Assembly: GCA_963693055.1 (NCBI GenBank)
Contig: OY843751.1
Span: 6,240,001-6,304,000, forward strand
Direction: 5' to 3'
Source of the DNA: a bacterium
GTDB taxonomy: Bacteria; Zhuqueibacterota; Zhuqueibacteria; Residuimicrobiales; Krinioviventaceae
Length of the DNA stretch: 64,000 nucleotides
Shown here: in pieces, positions 30,149-41,142 of the stretch
How positions within the stretch are numbered: the stretch's first letter is position 1
How the letters are laid out: every line of letters begins with the position of its first letter
Notes under the pieces: generated by a model
Told to the model about the DNA's origin: nothing
Databases searched by the model: none
The model's input: only the letters and a program-made list of their open reading frames with translations
Translations under genes and position numbers: made by a program

Positions 30149-31369
30149 ATGGAAAAAAAACTGATTAACATTTTAGATTTTTTTATAGTATTATTAAAAT
30201 GGAAAAAATTTTTAATTATTAATTTTATTTTAATTTCAATTGTATCGATTGTGTTCAGTTTAATTGTACCGCGTTGGTATCGTTCATATTCCGTAATTAT
30301 GAGTCCAGAAGGAGACGGGGATGGGTTAAGTATTTCATCCTTAATAAGCAATGCTTTGCCTGTTGGTGGTATGTTGGGAGGGGCAGGAACGTCTTCTGAA
30401 GCCATACGTTTTATTGCAATAGTAAATAGTCGCACAATGATGGAAGATATTGCAAAACAATTTAACTTGCAGGAACGGTATAAAACTATAAATCTTGAAA
30501 GGACAGTTAAAGCTCTACGGAATAGAGTCTTTACAGAGGTTAATGAAGATGGAACAATTACGATTAGTACATTAACGAAAACTTCATTTTTTTTGTCTCA
30601 GGAAAAAGATGATGAAGCAAGAAGACTTGCAATGGATATGACAACTTATATCGTGAAAAAATTAGATCAGTTGAATATAGAGTTAAATGGTGAAAAAGCT
30701 ACTAATTCTAGATCATTTATTGAAAAGAGATACTTGCAAACCCTTAAAGACCTTGAAACGGCAGAAGAAAACCTCAAAATGTTTCAGAAAGAATACGGAG
30801 TGATATCTTTAGAAGAGCAAACTTTGGCAACAATCAATACAGTTGCAGAATTAAAGGGGCAAATAATTGCAAAAGAAATAGAAGCCAAAGTATTGGAAAA
30901 TTATGTAGGCAGAGATCATATTGATTTTAAAAAAGCACAAAGCGTTCTCGCTGCATTGAATGAACAATATAATGCATTGACAATTGATAATCCCAATTCC
31001 AAAGTTTTAAAAAGTGATCAGGTATTAATTAATATTGGACAAATGCCAGATTTAGGCTTGCAATATTTGCGTTTGTTCAGAGAAGTTAAGCTCCAGGAAG
31101 CAATTTTAGAATTTATTTTGCCCCAATATGAAAATGCAAAAATTCAGGAGCAAAAAGAAATACCAACTTTACAAGTGTTAGACAAAGCGAATTACCCGAT
31201 AAAACGAGCAAAACCAAAGAGAGGTATGTTGGTAATTTTTGTTGTTTTTTTTAGTATGATCTTGTCAGTGATTTATATTTTTGTTTTTGAGCAAATAAAC
31301 TTGTACAAGGAAAACAAATCTCCTGCATATGAAAAAGTAATAAAATTAAGGCAACTGCTCAGGTTTTGA
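30149..31369 (+). CDS. Wzz/Wzc-type polysaccharide co-polymerase (GNVR-like, no kinase domain)
   Basis: N- and C-terminal TM helices; periplasmic coiled coils; LQVLDKANYP..RAKPKR. Confidence 0.85.
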   Translation: MEKKLINILDFFIVLLKWKKFLIINFILISIVSIVFSLIVPRWYRSYSVIMSPEGDGDGLSISSLISNALPVGGMLGGAGTSSEAIRFIAIVNSRTMMEDIAKQFNLQERYKTINLERTVKALRNRVFTEVNEDGTITISTLTKTSFFLSQEKDDEARRLAMDMTTYIVKKLDQLNIELNGEKATNSRSFIEKRYLQTLKDLETAEENLKMFQKEYGVISLEEQTLATINTVAELKGQIIAKEIEAKVLENYVGRDHIDFKKAQSVLAALNEQYNALTIDNPNSKVLKSDQVLINIGQMPDLGLQYLRLFREVKLQEAILEFILPQYENAKIQEQKEIPTLQVLDKANYPIKRAKPKRGMLVIFVVFFSMILSVIYIFVFEQINLYKENKSPAYEKVIKLRQLLRF

Positions 31370-31382
31370 TCAGTTTTTTCTA

Positions 31383-32903
31383 ATGAATAAAAGCAAATCA
31401 ATTTTTCAGGCATCTGTCTTAATTGTAATCGGTTCGTTATCTAGTCGAATATTGGGTTTTATACGTGAGATTTTGATTGCAAAACGATTTGGTGTCAGTG
31501 CAGAATATGATATTTTTTTAGTTGCTACAACAATTCCAATAATTTTAGTAAGTGTTTTTTTATATGCTATTCCTGGCGGATTTATACCACAATATCTTGA
31601 ATTAAAAGTAAATCAGACAGAGAATTCTGCAGAGCGGTTTTATTCTAATTTTCTTACAATATTTTTATTTTTTTTTCTTGTTGCTTCTGTCGTATTGTGT
31701 TTGATGGCTCCTGTTATAATGAGAGCGTATTTCCCTACTAGTGTTGAAGCGGATTTAGATAAAGCCATTTATATTTTTCGTATTGCCTCCTTTTTTGTTC
31801 TATTTGGAGGTATATTTTCAGTTGTCAAGAGCGTATTGACTGCTAATAAAATATTCCTGTTGCCTGCATTTGCTCCTGGTTTTCACAATATATCAATAAT
31901 TTTTTTCATAATCTCTTTATCAGCATCATTTGGTATCTTTGCCTTGGTAATTGGGTTTTTGATTGGCTATTTTATTCAAATGATTCTAGTTCTTTTACAA
32001 AGTAAAGTTGAGAAAATTGAATTTAGTTTTTTATTAAGCTTTAAAGATAGATATATTAAAAAAAGTTTCCCGGTTCTTTTTCTAGTAATTCTTATTAATT
32101 TTATAGGGCAACTATATACATTGATTGATAGATCATTCAATGCATCGCTACCGATAGGAGCTATTTCAGGTTTAAATTATGCAATGGTTTTGAACCAGAT
32201 CGTCGTCAATCTTATTGGTGTAACTTTGGGAACTGCTATTTTCCCATCTATTTCCGAATTTTTAGCAGCTAATCGGATTGTAAAAGTTGAAAAATTGTTA
32301 ATGAATTGTCTAAAATTTATTATTATTTTAATAGTACCGATGTCTTTTTTTGTATATCAAAATTCTCATGAAATTATTATTGCATTTTTTAAACGAGGTT
32401 CATTTGATGATCTGGCTGTCAAGTATACTTTTCAAAGTTTTCAATATTATAGTTTGGGATTTTTATCATTTGTGAGCTATATAGTACTGGCTAATGTATT
32501 CTACTCTTTACGACAATATAAATATATTTTGTTTTCTAGTGTGACCGCGATTTTATTTAAAATTCTTTTTTCTATTCTATGGACAGATTCACTCTTACAT
32601 ATTGGTTTGGCCGCATCTACTTCTATTTCAGTTTTTGTAAATGTTTTGTTTATTTATTCAGTATTAAATTTTAAATTTATTAAATTAAAGCATTGGGAGC
32701 TTTTAATTATTGTTGTTAAAGTTTTTTTGTCTTCATGTATTATTTTTATCTTGCAAGGAAAAATTTTAGCACAGTATGATTTTGTATCTGTTTATTCAAG
32801 TCTTTTGATTAAAACTTTGTTTTGGTTAGTTTGTTTTTTTATTTTTTTATTTTTGTTTAAAATTAATAATCCATTAAAGTTATTAGGCCATGATGTCAGT
32901 TAA
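31383..32903 (+). CDS. MurJ/MviN-like flippase within the polysaccharide cluster
   Basis: SRILGFIREILIAKRFGVSAEYD, LIDRSF and FKRGSFD motifs; about 14 TMs. Confidence 0.85.
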   Translation: MNKSKSIFQASVLIVIGSLSSRILGFIREILIAKRFGVSAEYDIFLVATTIPIILVSVFLYAIPGGFIPQYLELKVNQTENSAERFYSNFLTIFLFFFLVASVVLCLMAPVIMRAYFPTSVEADLDKAIYIFRIASFFVLFGGIFSVVKSVLTANKIFLLPAFAPGFHNISIIFFIISLSASFGIFALVIGFLIGYFIQMILVLLQSKVEKIEFSFLLSFKDRYIKKSFPVLFLVILINFIGQLYTLIDRSFNASLPIGAISGLNYAMVLNQIVVNLIGVTLGTAIFPSISEFLAANRIVKVEKLLMNCLKFIIILIVPMSFFVYQNSHEIIIAFFKRGSFDDLAVKYTFQSFQYYSLGFLSFVSYIVLANVFYSLRQYKYILFSSVTAILFKILFSILWTDSLLHIGLAASTSISVFVNVLFIYSVLNFKFIKLKHWELLIIVVKVFLSSCIIFILQGKILAQYDFVSVYSSLLIKTLFWLVCFFIFLFLFKINNPLKLLGHDVS

Positions 32904-34296
32904 TTTAAATAGACCATTGGAAAAATTATATCCTGGATATCTACTGATACTATTTATAGTTGAATTGTTAGTCCTTGTAGTTAGCGGAATTTTTAGTGTT
33001 TGGTTGGCACCTGTCTTAACATTACTATTAGTAGTAGCTTTTATGGTTTTGAATATTAGAATAGATAGTTTTTCCTGCTTTTTATTTTTATTTATTATTA
33101 TTCCTTTTTTACCATTATTACCACCGCGAATGGGCGTTTTATTTGATATGTTTGGGATGTTTCTCGTAACCGTTTTTTGGTTACGAAATGTTGTAGATAA
33201 CGATCTTAATCTTGAACCTGTTCCAAAGGGTTTAATGTTCTTTTTAATTTCATATATTATTATATGTTTGTTATCAACCATTAATTCGATATCTTTTTCA
33301 ACAAGTTTTACTGAATTTTTACGCCTATCTTTTTTATTCTTTTTTTTAGTGGTCAGTTATTACAGTATTACCTCAATTAAACAGATTAATAAGATCCTCA
33401 ATGCATCTATATTGATGGTAATTCTAGTTAGCATTATTTCTTTGCCCGACATTCTGTCTATTCATTCATCTGATATTGTATCTGGAGTATTAGTTGACGA
33501 CAGATTGAAATCATTTTATTCAAATGCAAATATAATGTCTATCCCTTTTATGTTTGCGTCACCCGTTGTTTTTACAAAAATATTTTATTCTGATAAAAAA
33601 AATAGTTTTTACATACGTTCTTTTTATCTTATTTTGTTATTATTTTTTTTATATGTTATAATATTAACAAACTCAAGATCAGCGTTGCTTTTTATTTTCT
33701 CTTCTTTTTTTGTACTATTGTTAGGAGTCAAATATGGGTCTGTATTAATTGGTACATCATTTGTAATCTTTCTGGCATTATTGTCGTTTTTAGGAAAAAC
33801 AATAATAATGTTGTTGAGGTTAGAGCGTGGATTTACAGGTAGAGATATATTATGGAAAGCAGCTATTGGGATCATTCAAGATTATCCCTGGCTTGGAGTA
33901 GGTTTAGGAAACTATGAAAGGATAAAATATAAATATATATTACCGATCGATTTTTTTTCCAAATTCACTCGAAATTCGGAACAATCTGGAGCTGCTCATA
34001 ATTTATTATTAACCGTGATGGCGGAGAATGGTGTGATTGCGGGTATCTTGGTTCTATTTTTACTTTTGTATGTATTAATAATGGCCATTAAATTAATTAA
34101 AATCACAAATAAAAAAGATTATAAAACAGCATTGTTTGTTGCTATATCCATATTGTTCGGATTAACTATAAGAGGATTTTTTGAAAGTGGTATTATCATT
34201 GGATCTGCCAGAATTCAGGATTTTATTTATTTTTTAATACCTCTTGTGATTATTTTAAGGATGGATAAAATCGTAAAAAGTAAAGATTATATATAA
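32890..34296 (+). CDS. O-antigen ligase/Wzy polymerase family protein
   Basis: LTNSRSALL, GRDILW..AI.II..YPWLGVGLGNY and AHNLLL.VMAENG motifs. Confidence 0.88.
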   Translation: MMSVNLNRPLEKLYPGYLLILFIVELLVLVVSGIFSVWLAPVLTLLLVVAFMVLNIRIDSFSCFLFLFIIIPFLPLLPPRMGVLFDMFGMFLVTVFWLRNVVDNDLNLEPVPKGLMFFLISYIIICLLSTINSISFSTSFTEFLRLSFLFFFLVVSYYSITSIKQINKILNASILMVILVSIISLPDILSIHSSDIVSGVLVDDRLKSFYSNANIMSIPFMFASPVVFTKIFYSDKKNSFYIRSFYLILLLFFLYVIILTNSRSALLFIFSSFFVLLLGVKYGSVLIGTSFVIFLALLSFLGKTIIMLLRLERGFTGRDILWKAAIGIIQDYPWLGVGLGNYERIKYKYILPIDFFSKFTRNSEQSGAAHNLLLTVMAENGVIAGILVLFLLLYVLIMAIKLIKITNKKDYKTALFVAISILFGLTIRGFFESGIIIGSARIQDFIYFLIPLVIILRMDKIVKSKDYI

Positions 34297-35243
34297 TGAA
34301 AAGGAATTATTACTTTAAGGAAAAGAAGATGAGGTTGAGCTATTTATTTCAAAAATTTAAAAAATCAATTTGGTTAATGCCAAGGCATGAGTCTTATTAT
34401 GAAGATCAAATGTTATTGCTGGCAAAATTATTAGTTGAAAATGTGAAAAATAAAAAAGAGATTTCATCTTTAAAAGATGTGGAATTTAAAGTTTTTTCAC
34501 AATGGGGTGATGATGGTATAATACAATGGTTAATTCATAATCTAGAGATTCCAAATGAAACTTTTGTTGAATTTGGAGTTAATAATTATATTGAATCTAA
34601 TACACGATTTTTATTGTTAAATGATAACTGGTCCGGCTTAGTAATGGATGGTTCAAAAAAGAATATAGAAAATATTAAACAAACAAGATATTATAGAAAA
34701 TATGATCTGGATGCAGTATGTGCTTTTATAGATTGTGATAATATAAATGATTTGATTTTAGCTAGAAAATTTGATAAAAATATTGGTATTTTACATATTG
34801 ACATTGATGGAAATGATTATTGGGTTTGGGAAAAAATTGATGTTATTGATCCCGTGATTGTAATTATGGAATATAATAGTATTTTTGGAAAGGACCGGGC
34901 AATAACAATTCCTTATGATAATAATTTTCAAAGAAGACATGCTCATTATAGTGACTTGTATTTCGGCGCATCATTGAAAGCACTAAACAATTTAGCAGAG
35001 CAGAAAGGATATGCATACATCGGTAGCAATACTGGCGGCAATAATGCTTTTTTTGTTAAAAAAGAAAAATTAAACGATGTGGTTCGGGCAAAAAGCGTTG
35101 AAGAGGGTTTTGTTGATGCAAAATCTCGAGAAAGTAAAGATAGTAATGGAGTTAATTCCTTTTTGGGAGGAGAAGACCGGTTGACTTTAATTAAAGGAAT
35201 GCCAATATTTAATGTAGAAAAAAATAAAATTGAAAGACTATAA
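34296..35243 (+). CDS. FkbM-like SAM-dependent methyltransferase-related protein
   Basis: FSQWGDDGII, FVEFG, IDIDGNDYW and VIMEYN pattern, typical of methyltransferase-like proteins in glycan loci. Confidence 0.6.
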   Translation: MKRNYYFKEKKMRLSYLFQKFKKSIWLMPRHESYYEDQMLLLAKLLVENVKNKKEISSLKDVEFKVFSQWGDDGIIQWLIHNLEIPNETFVEFGVNNYIESNTRFLLLNDNWSGLVMDGSKKNIENIKQTRYYRKYDLDAVCAFIDCDNINDLILARKFDKNIGILHIDIDGNDYWVWEKIDVIDPVIVIMEYNSIFGKDRAITIPYDNNFQRRHAHYSDLYFGASLKALNNLAEQKGYAYIGSNTGGNNAFFVKKEKLNDVVRAKSVEEGFVDAKSRESKDSNGVNSFLGGEDRLTLIKGMPIFNVEKNKIERL

Positions 35244-35307
35244 GAAATCCTATAAAATAGGTCTAGAGCTATCCGTTGAACAATATTCATCGAAAAGGTT
35301 GTAGTGA

Positions 35308-36393
35308 ATGAATTTAAAAAGCATTGAAAAAAATTTTTTTTCCAGTTTTTTTATTGAGAGTCTGTCGAAGCAATTAAGAAAAGTATTTATAAATAAGATA
35401 AATTCTAAAAATATAGTTATTCTTAGTACACATCGCATTGGAGATTCTGTTTTAACTATTCCTGCGATTGAATCTATTCAAAAATTTTTTTCAGATTATA
35501 CAATAATTATTGTTTGTTTTGAAAATGCTCAATTTATTTATAATTATTATTTCAATGGTAGAATTCAAGTATTCCCCATTCATGCATTGAATAGTTGGGT
35601 GTCAAAACGATTTCCTTCAATTGAATTGATTAGAAAAATAAGAAAATTTTCCCCGGAGATATTATTTGATTTAACAACTTGTTTGTATTCATATTTGTTT
35701 GCTTTGACTGTTGGGGCAAAGCAAAATATTGGAATGAATAAAGAAAATTTAAAAAGTGTATATGATTTATTTGTTGTAAAAAGAAACAGTCCCCATCTTA
35801 TGGATATGTATTTAGATGTTGCAAAATTGGTGATCCCACCAGATGAAATGGTTGAGAGCAAACAGTTTCAACCCCAAATTAACAGGAATGGTGTTATTTT
35901 AATAAATACTTTGGCCGGATGGGATGCAAAAGAATGGGGATTAATGAATTTTATTAATGTTGCATTAGAATTAAAAAAGCGTTACCATGTTAAATTTATT
36001 CATCAAAAAAACAGTATGGACTCCACAATAATTGAAAAATATGGGTTTGTAAATATAGAAACAGATACAATAGAAGAACTGGTATGTAACTTACAAGAGT
36101 GTTCAATATTTATTGGAAACGACAGTGGCCCGATTCATATTGCAAACATGCTTGGTAAACCAACTTATTCAATTTATGGTCCAACAAACCCTGATTTTTC
36201 GATGCCATTTGGAAGCCATCATAGATACATTCGTAAAAGTTTAAAATGTACACCTTTTGTTGAAAAATATTGTTTTCTAGACGGTGGACATAAATGTAAA
36301 ACCCGAGAATGTTTAAAGCAATTAACGTCTGAGGAAGTATTGAACGATTTGAAAGCATTCCTGAATTATTTAGAAATAAGATCTAATAATTGA
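35308..36393 (+). CDS. Glycosyltransferase family 9 (heptosyltransferase-like)
   Basis: HRIGDSVLTIP, AKEW and FIGNDSGPIHIA..LGKPT.SIYGPT motifs. Confidence 0.9.
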   Translation: MNLKSIEKNFFSSFFIESLSKQLRKVFINKINSKNIVILSTHRIGDSVLTIPAIESIQKFFSDYTIIIVCFENAQFIYNYYFNGRIQVFPIHALNSWVSKRFPSIELIRKIRKFSPEILFDLTTCLYSYLFALTVGAKQNIGMNKENLKSVYDLFVVKRNSPHLMDMYLDVAKLVIPPDEMVESKQFQPQINRNGVILINTLAGWDAKEWGLMNFINVALELKKRYHVKFIHQKNSMDSTIIEKYGFVNIETDTIEELVCNLQECSIFIGNDSGPIHIANMLGKPTYSIYGPTNPDFSMPFGSHHRYIRKSLKCTPFVEKYCFLDGGHKCKTRECLKQLTSEEVLNDLKAFLNYLEIRSNN

Positions 36394-36430
36394 AATGTAT
36401 TAAATTTTGTATGTTTAAAGAGTATAAATC

Positions 36431-37519
36431 TTGAAAATTTGTTTCCTAGCAGATGCACAAAATGTTCATACACAAAAATGGGCACGATTTTTCTCCGAAA
36501 AAGGACATCAAGTTGATGTAATAACATTTACTCCGTGTGAGATAGAAGGGGTAAATATACATCCTGTTGAAATGTCGTTACCTGTAGTTATAAATCATAA
36601 TGTTCATTTTCTCAAAAAAATTGGATATTTTTTTTATATAAACATTGTTAAAAATATTATTCAAAAAATAGAACCAGATATTTTACATGCGCATTGGGCA
36701 ACCTCATATGGATTGTTAGGTGCATTTAGTAATTTTCATCCTTATTTAATTTCTACATGGGGTAGAGATATTTATAAAGGTCTGGATGGCTCTTTTTTTT
36801 ACAAACAATTGTTGAGGTTTAGTTTAAGCAAAGCTGATTATATAACAGCTACAAGTAAGGAATTAGCTAAAGGAACCCAGACGTTTACTTCGAAAAAAGT
36901 ACTTCAGGTTCCGTTTGGAGTAGATGTTGATCATTTTAAGCCATTAGTTAATAAAAAGCGGGGCCAGGAACTGGTAATTGGTGTTGTCAAAAAATTGGAA
37001 CCATATTATGGTATTGATTACCTTGTTAAAGCGTTTTCCTTGTTAGAAAAAAAGTTTTCAAATATTGTTTTATGGATTATTGGAGAAGGCTCAGAAAAAG
37101 AAAAGTTGAGATCTTTGTGTGTTGATTACAAGATTGATCACAAAGTGCATTTTAAAGGACTTGTAAGTCAAAAAGATTTACCAGAATATTATAATCATAT
37201 CGATATTTTTGCAGTCCCTTCACTTATTGAATCTTTTGGTGTGGTTGTTGTTGAAGCTGCCGCATGTGGGTTGCCTGTTGTTGCGACAAATGTAAATGGA
37301 TTACCAGAAACGGTCAAAGATGGTGAAACCGGTTTCCTTGTTCCTTCACAGAATGTTGAAGCATTAGCAGATAAACTTACATTACTGATAGATGATTCAG
37401 CTTTGCGAGAAGGAATGGGGAAGAAGGCAAGAAATTTTGTTGAAGTAAATTATACCTGGCAAAACAACGCGGCAGAAATGTTACAACTTTATGAGAATAT
37501 TTTAGACCAGAAACATTAA
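36431..37519 (+). CDS. Glycosyltransferase family 4
   Basis: PDILHAH and ESFGVVVVEAAACGLPVV (EX7E) motifs. Confidence 0.92.
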   Translation: MKICFLADAQNVHTQKWARFFSEKGHQVDVITFTPCEIEGVNIHPVEMSLPVVINHNVHFLKKIGYFFYINIVKNIIQKIEPDILHAHWATSYGLLGAFSNFHPYLISTWGRDIYKGLDGSFFYKQLLRFSLSKADYITATSKELAKGTQTFTSKKVLQVPFGVDVDHFKPLVNKKRGQELVIGVVKKLEPYYGIDYLVKAFSLLEKKFSNIVLWIIGEGSEKEKLRSLCVDYKIDHKVHFKGLVSQKDLPEYYNHIDIFAVPSLIESFGVVVVEAAACGLPVVATNVNGLPETVKDGETGFLVPSQNVEALADKLTLLIDDSALREGMGKKARNFVEVNYTWQNNAAEMLQLYENILDQKH

Positions 37520-37533
37520 TTTGTAAAGGTTAT

Positions 37534-38481
37534 ATGAGTCTTTATTTAAAAATGATTCGAAATGTAATTATCAAGAAACCAGATTATTTTCATATTCCTC
37601 ACTCGGAATGCATGATTGATGATATATTAAAACCTGTTGAATATTATATAGACTTGCGACCTAAAATAGACTATAATGGTCTGTTTGATGAAAAGGGTGT
37701 TTTTTTATTATTCCAGGAAGATACAAAGAGATGGGATTACTATCCGATATCTGTCTTTAATTATGGGTTGGCAGCGTATCAGCATTTTTATAATAATAAA
37801 AATGAAGAGTTTTTAGAGAAAAGTTTAAATCAAGCAAATTGGGCATTAAAAACTCAAGAAAAAACAGGCAAATACAAAGGATGTTGGTTATGTGGTTATG
37901 ATAATAAAACTTTTTCTTTAAAAGCAGGATGGCAATCTGCAATGGCTCAAGGACTTGGTATTTCTCTTTTACTGCGTTTATGGATGATTACACAAAATGA
38001 ACAGTATCTTGAATCTGCATCTTTGGCATTATTACCCTTTCATAAAACTGTTGATGAAGGTGGTGTTCTTGCAATGTATAAAAAAAAATACATTTTCTTT
38101 GAAGAATATCCTTCCAACCCATCTTCGTTTGTCTTAAATGGGTATGTCTCTGCAATTTGGGGGTTAAGAGATTATGGATTGTTTTTAAATGATAACACGG
38201 TGTTGAATCTTTGGAATCAATCTGTTGAGGTCTTGAGTGAAATTTTACCTCAATATGATTTGGGGTATTGGTCGAGATATGATTTACGAGAAGGTGAAAT
38301 TAATGTTGCAAGTCAGTTTTATCATCATTATCATATAACATTGTTAAATATTTTGTATAAATTAAGTCAATTCTTAATTTTTAAAAATTATGCACAATTA
38401 TTTAACCAATATGAAAAGAATAAAATATATTATTTAAAAGCCCTTTCCCAAAAAATAGTTTGGCGATTGAAACGAATGTAG
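37534..38481 (+). CDS. D-glucuronyl C5-epimerase family protein
   Basis: WQSAMAQG, FEEYPS.PSSFVLNG, WSRYDL and FYHHYH motifs of the C5-epimerase C-terminal domain. Confidence 0.85.
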   Translation: MSLYLKMIRNVIIKKPDYFHIPHSECMIDDILKPVEYYIDLRPKIDYNGLFDEKGVFLLFQEDTKRWDYYPISVFNYGLAAYQHFYNNKNEEFLEKSLNQANWALKTQEKTGKYKGCWLCGYDNKTFSLKAGWQSAMAQGLGISLLLRLWMITQNEQYLESASLALLPFHKTVDEGGVLAMYKKKYIFFEEYPSNPSSFVLNGYVSAIWGLRDYGLFLNDNTVLNLWNQSVEVLSEILPQYDLGYWSRYDLREGEINVASQFYHHYHITLLNILYKLSQFLIFKNYAQLFNQYEKNKIYYLKALSQKIVWRLKRM

Positions 38482-38498
38482 ATTTTGTACTGGAGTAA

Positions 38499-39647
38499 TT
38501 GTTGTTGTATATTATCTTGTTAACAATATTTTATTTGTCTTTTTTTGTAATTTTATATAGTTACGCGTTTTATCCTATTACTGTTTATTTTGTGACAAGA
38601 TGGTATAAAATAAAAAGGAAATGCGATATTCAATTCACACCCAATGTTTCTTTAATCATTGCGGCAAGAAATGAAGAAGCTGTTATTGAAGAAAAAATAA
38701 AGAATTCTTTGAATCTGGATTATCCCTGGGAAAAGTTTGAGATAATGGTTATTTCCGATAATTCTACTGACCATACTAATAATATTGTTCAAAAATATCA
38801 AGATCGAATAAAACTTTTAGAATTAGCTGAACGACATGGTAAAACAAAAGCTCAAAATCGAGCAGTGGAATTAGCGAATGGCGAAATAGTAGTGTTTTCT
38901 GATGCGAATGCCATGTATGAAAAAGATGCTATTCGCCAGTTGGTAAAACATTATATTGATCCTGAGGTTGGATTTGTTTCCGGACAATTAATTTTTAAAA
39001 ATCAATCATCAGTAAGTAATAAAGAAAACATATATTGGCGATATGATAAATTTATTAAAAGAAGCGAAGACAAGCTGGGTTGCATTACCGGAGCAAATGG
39101 ATCTATATACTCAATTCGTAAAGATAAATATGTCCCCTTGGATTATGATATTATAAGTGATTTTATAGAACCTCTAGAAGTATACTCGCATGGTAATAAA
39201 GTTGTTTATGAAACTAGAGCAATCTCTTATGAGGATGGAAGTCAGACTTATAATGAAGAGTTCGGTCGTAGAAAAAGAATCATTCTTAGAAGTATAAATA
39301 GTTTGTATAAACATAAACATTTATTAAATCCGTTAATTACTGGGATTCTAGCATTTGAGTTAATCTCTCATAAAGTATTGCGCTGGTTTTGTCCGGTTTT
39401 TATGATACTGTTGTTTTTTACTAATATATTTCTAATAAATACGATTTCACTATTAATCTTTTTTTTGTTACAGGTAGTTTTTTATTTGATTTCTTTGTTA
39501 GGTATTTATATGAAAAATAAGCCAGGAATAAAATCAATATTTCTTGCCCCATATTATTTTACCTTAATTAATTATGCCTCTTTGTTAGCGATTCTCGATT
39601 TTTTCAAAGGGGAAAATAAAGTTTTTTGGGAGCCAGTTCGTCAGTAA
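38499..39647 (+). CDS. Glycosyltransferase family 2 (membrane-anchored)
   Basis: IIAARNEE, SDNSTD, GKTKAQN, FSDAN and ISHKVLRW motifs. Confidence 0.92.
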   Translation: MLLYIILLTIFYLSFFVILYSYAFYPITVYFVTRWYKIKRKCDIQFTPNVSLIIAARNEEAVIEEKIKNSLNLDYPWEKFEIMVISDNSTDHTNNIVQKYQDRIKLLELAERHGKTKAQNRAVELANGEIVVFSDANAMYEKDAIRQLVKHYIDPEVGFVSGQLIFKNQSSVSNKENIYWRYDKFIKRSEDKLGCITGANGSIYSIRKDKYVPLDYDIISDFIEPLEVYSHGNKVVYETRAISYEDGSQTYNEEFGRRKRIILRSINSLYKHKHLLNPLITGILAFELISHKVLRWFCPVFMILLFFTNIFLINTISLLIFFLLQVVFYLISLLGIYMKNKPGIKSIFLAPYYFTLINYASLLAILDFFKGENKVFWEPVRQ

Positions 39648-39728
39648 TAAGCATAATTCTTTTAGATAAAAGATTTGTAAAAAATAAATAACATGATTAT
39701 ATTTTAATCTGATATCTAAAGAGAGTAT

Positions 39729-41129
39729 ATGCCGAAAACCCTTGAAAAAATATTTCTTTTTGCGATGGATTTCATTACCGTGAACATCGCATTTTTTTCA
39801 TTATTACGGTTACGTTACGCGGCCAATCTGTTTGTTGAGCAAAGCCTGGCCGCACGCTTGCAGGTATCCGTGTTTATCTATTTGTTCTGGTTGCTGCTTT
39901 TTTTATTTTTTGGTCTGTATCAATCCTGGTATACCAAATCCCGATTTGATGAATTTATGTCCGTTTTCAAAGCTGTTAGCTTTGGAATATTAATGATCTT
40001 TGTTCTAACAATAGAACCTGAAAAAGACTTGTCAAATCCTTTTTCTATGGGACGAATTCTGGTTTTTAGTTATTGGGTAATTTTGCTTTTTGTTGTGGGT
40101 GGAGGTAGAATGATACTCCATACACTGCATCGCAAAATGCTTGAACACGGTATATGGCAAAAGAACACTTTGATCATTGGGTGGAACGAAAAGTCCAAAG
40201 AACTTGCTGACAAGATAAAGAAATTCCCGGCTTTGGGATATCATGTAATTGGATTTGTGAGCCTGCACAAAAGCGAGATCGGTGAAGCCTACAATGATTT
40301 AAAGGTCATGGGGCATTTGAAAAAAATTAAATCTCTGGTTGAAAAAAATAATGTTGAAGAAGTTATTATTTGTCTGGGCAAATCTACCCCTAAAAATGTT
40401 ATGAACGCCATAGCACAATGTGAAGATTTGCAGGTTAACCTGAAAATTGAACCGGATATGTACCAGATTGTATTGGGGCAAGCCAGGACTCAGCAAATTT
40501 ATGGGTTCCCCCTTATAGAGATCCATCCGCAAATTATGAAACCCTGGGAGCACCAGGTAAAGCGTTTAATGGACCTTGCCATTTCCCTGATTGCGTTGAT
40601 CCTTTTGTCGCCTGTATTGATTCTAACTTCTCTTTTAATAAAATTGGATTCTCGCGGACCCATTCTGTTCAGTCAAAAACGAGTTGGAAAAAACGGCCGT
40701 ATTTTTACGATTTATAAATTTCGTTCCATGGTTCAGGACGCGGAAAAGCTGACCGGACCGGTTTGGGCGGGAGAAAAAGATCCCCGGATTACACGCATGG
40801 GAAGATTTATGCGCAAAACCCGTATAGACGAGTTGCCTCAGTTGTTCAATGTGCTTTATGGGCACATGAGTATTGTTGGGCCTCGACCGGAACGCCCTTA
40901 TTTTGTAGACAGATTAAAACGTGAATATCCCTTTTATACCCGCAGGTTGCGTGTAAAACCCGGTATAACCGGTTGGGCACAGGTTAAAGGAGAGTATGAT
41001 ACTACAATTGAACAGGTAAAAGAAAAACTTGAATTTGATTTATATTATATTGATAATTTATCTATTAGTTTGGATTTGAGAATATTGGTGTTTACTATAC
41101 TTGTCGTTATTAAGGGCAAGGGACAATAA
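39729..41129 (+). CDS. Undecaprenyl-phosphate sugar phosphotransferase (WcaJ/WbaP-type priming transferase)
   Basis: [31 protein letters not shown] and [10 protein letters not shown] motifs. Confidence 0.93.
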   Translation: MPKTLEKIFLFAMDFITVNIAFFSLLRLRYAANLFVEQSLAARLQVSVFIYLFWLLLFLFFGLYQSWYTKSRFDEFMSVFKAVSFGILMIFVLTIEPEKDLSNPFSMGRILVFSYWVILLFVVGGGRMILHTLHRKMLEHGIWQKNTLIIGWNEKSKELADKIKKFPALGYHVIGFVSLHKSEIGEAYNDLKVMGHLKKIKSLVEKNNVEEVIICLGKSTPKNVMNAIAQCEDLQVNLKIEPDMYQIVLGQARTQQIYGFPLIEIHPQIMKPWEHQVKRLMDLAISLIALILLSPVLILTSLLIKLDSRGPILFSQKRVGKNGRIFTIYKFRSMVQDAEKLTGPVWAGEKDPRITRMGRFMRKTRIDELPQLFNVLYGHMSIVGPRPERPYFVDRLKREYPFYTRRLRVKPGITGWAQVKGEYDTTIEQVKEKLEFDLYYIDNLSISLDLRILVFTILVVIKGKGQ

Positions 41130-41142
41130 AAGAGGAAGTGAT

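Noticed and set aside
31660-39470. 8-9 nt poly-T/A runs in the glycan genes as phase-variation switches
   Set aside because: Such runs are expected in very AT-rich, Phe/Leu/Lys-rich genes, and all frames are intact.
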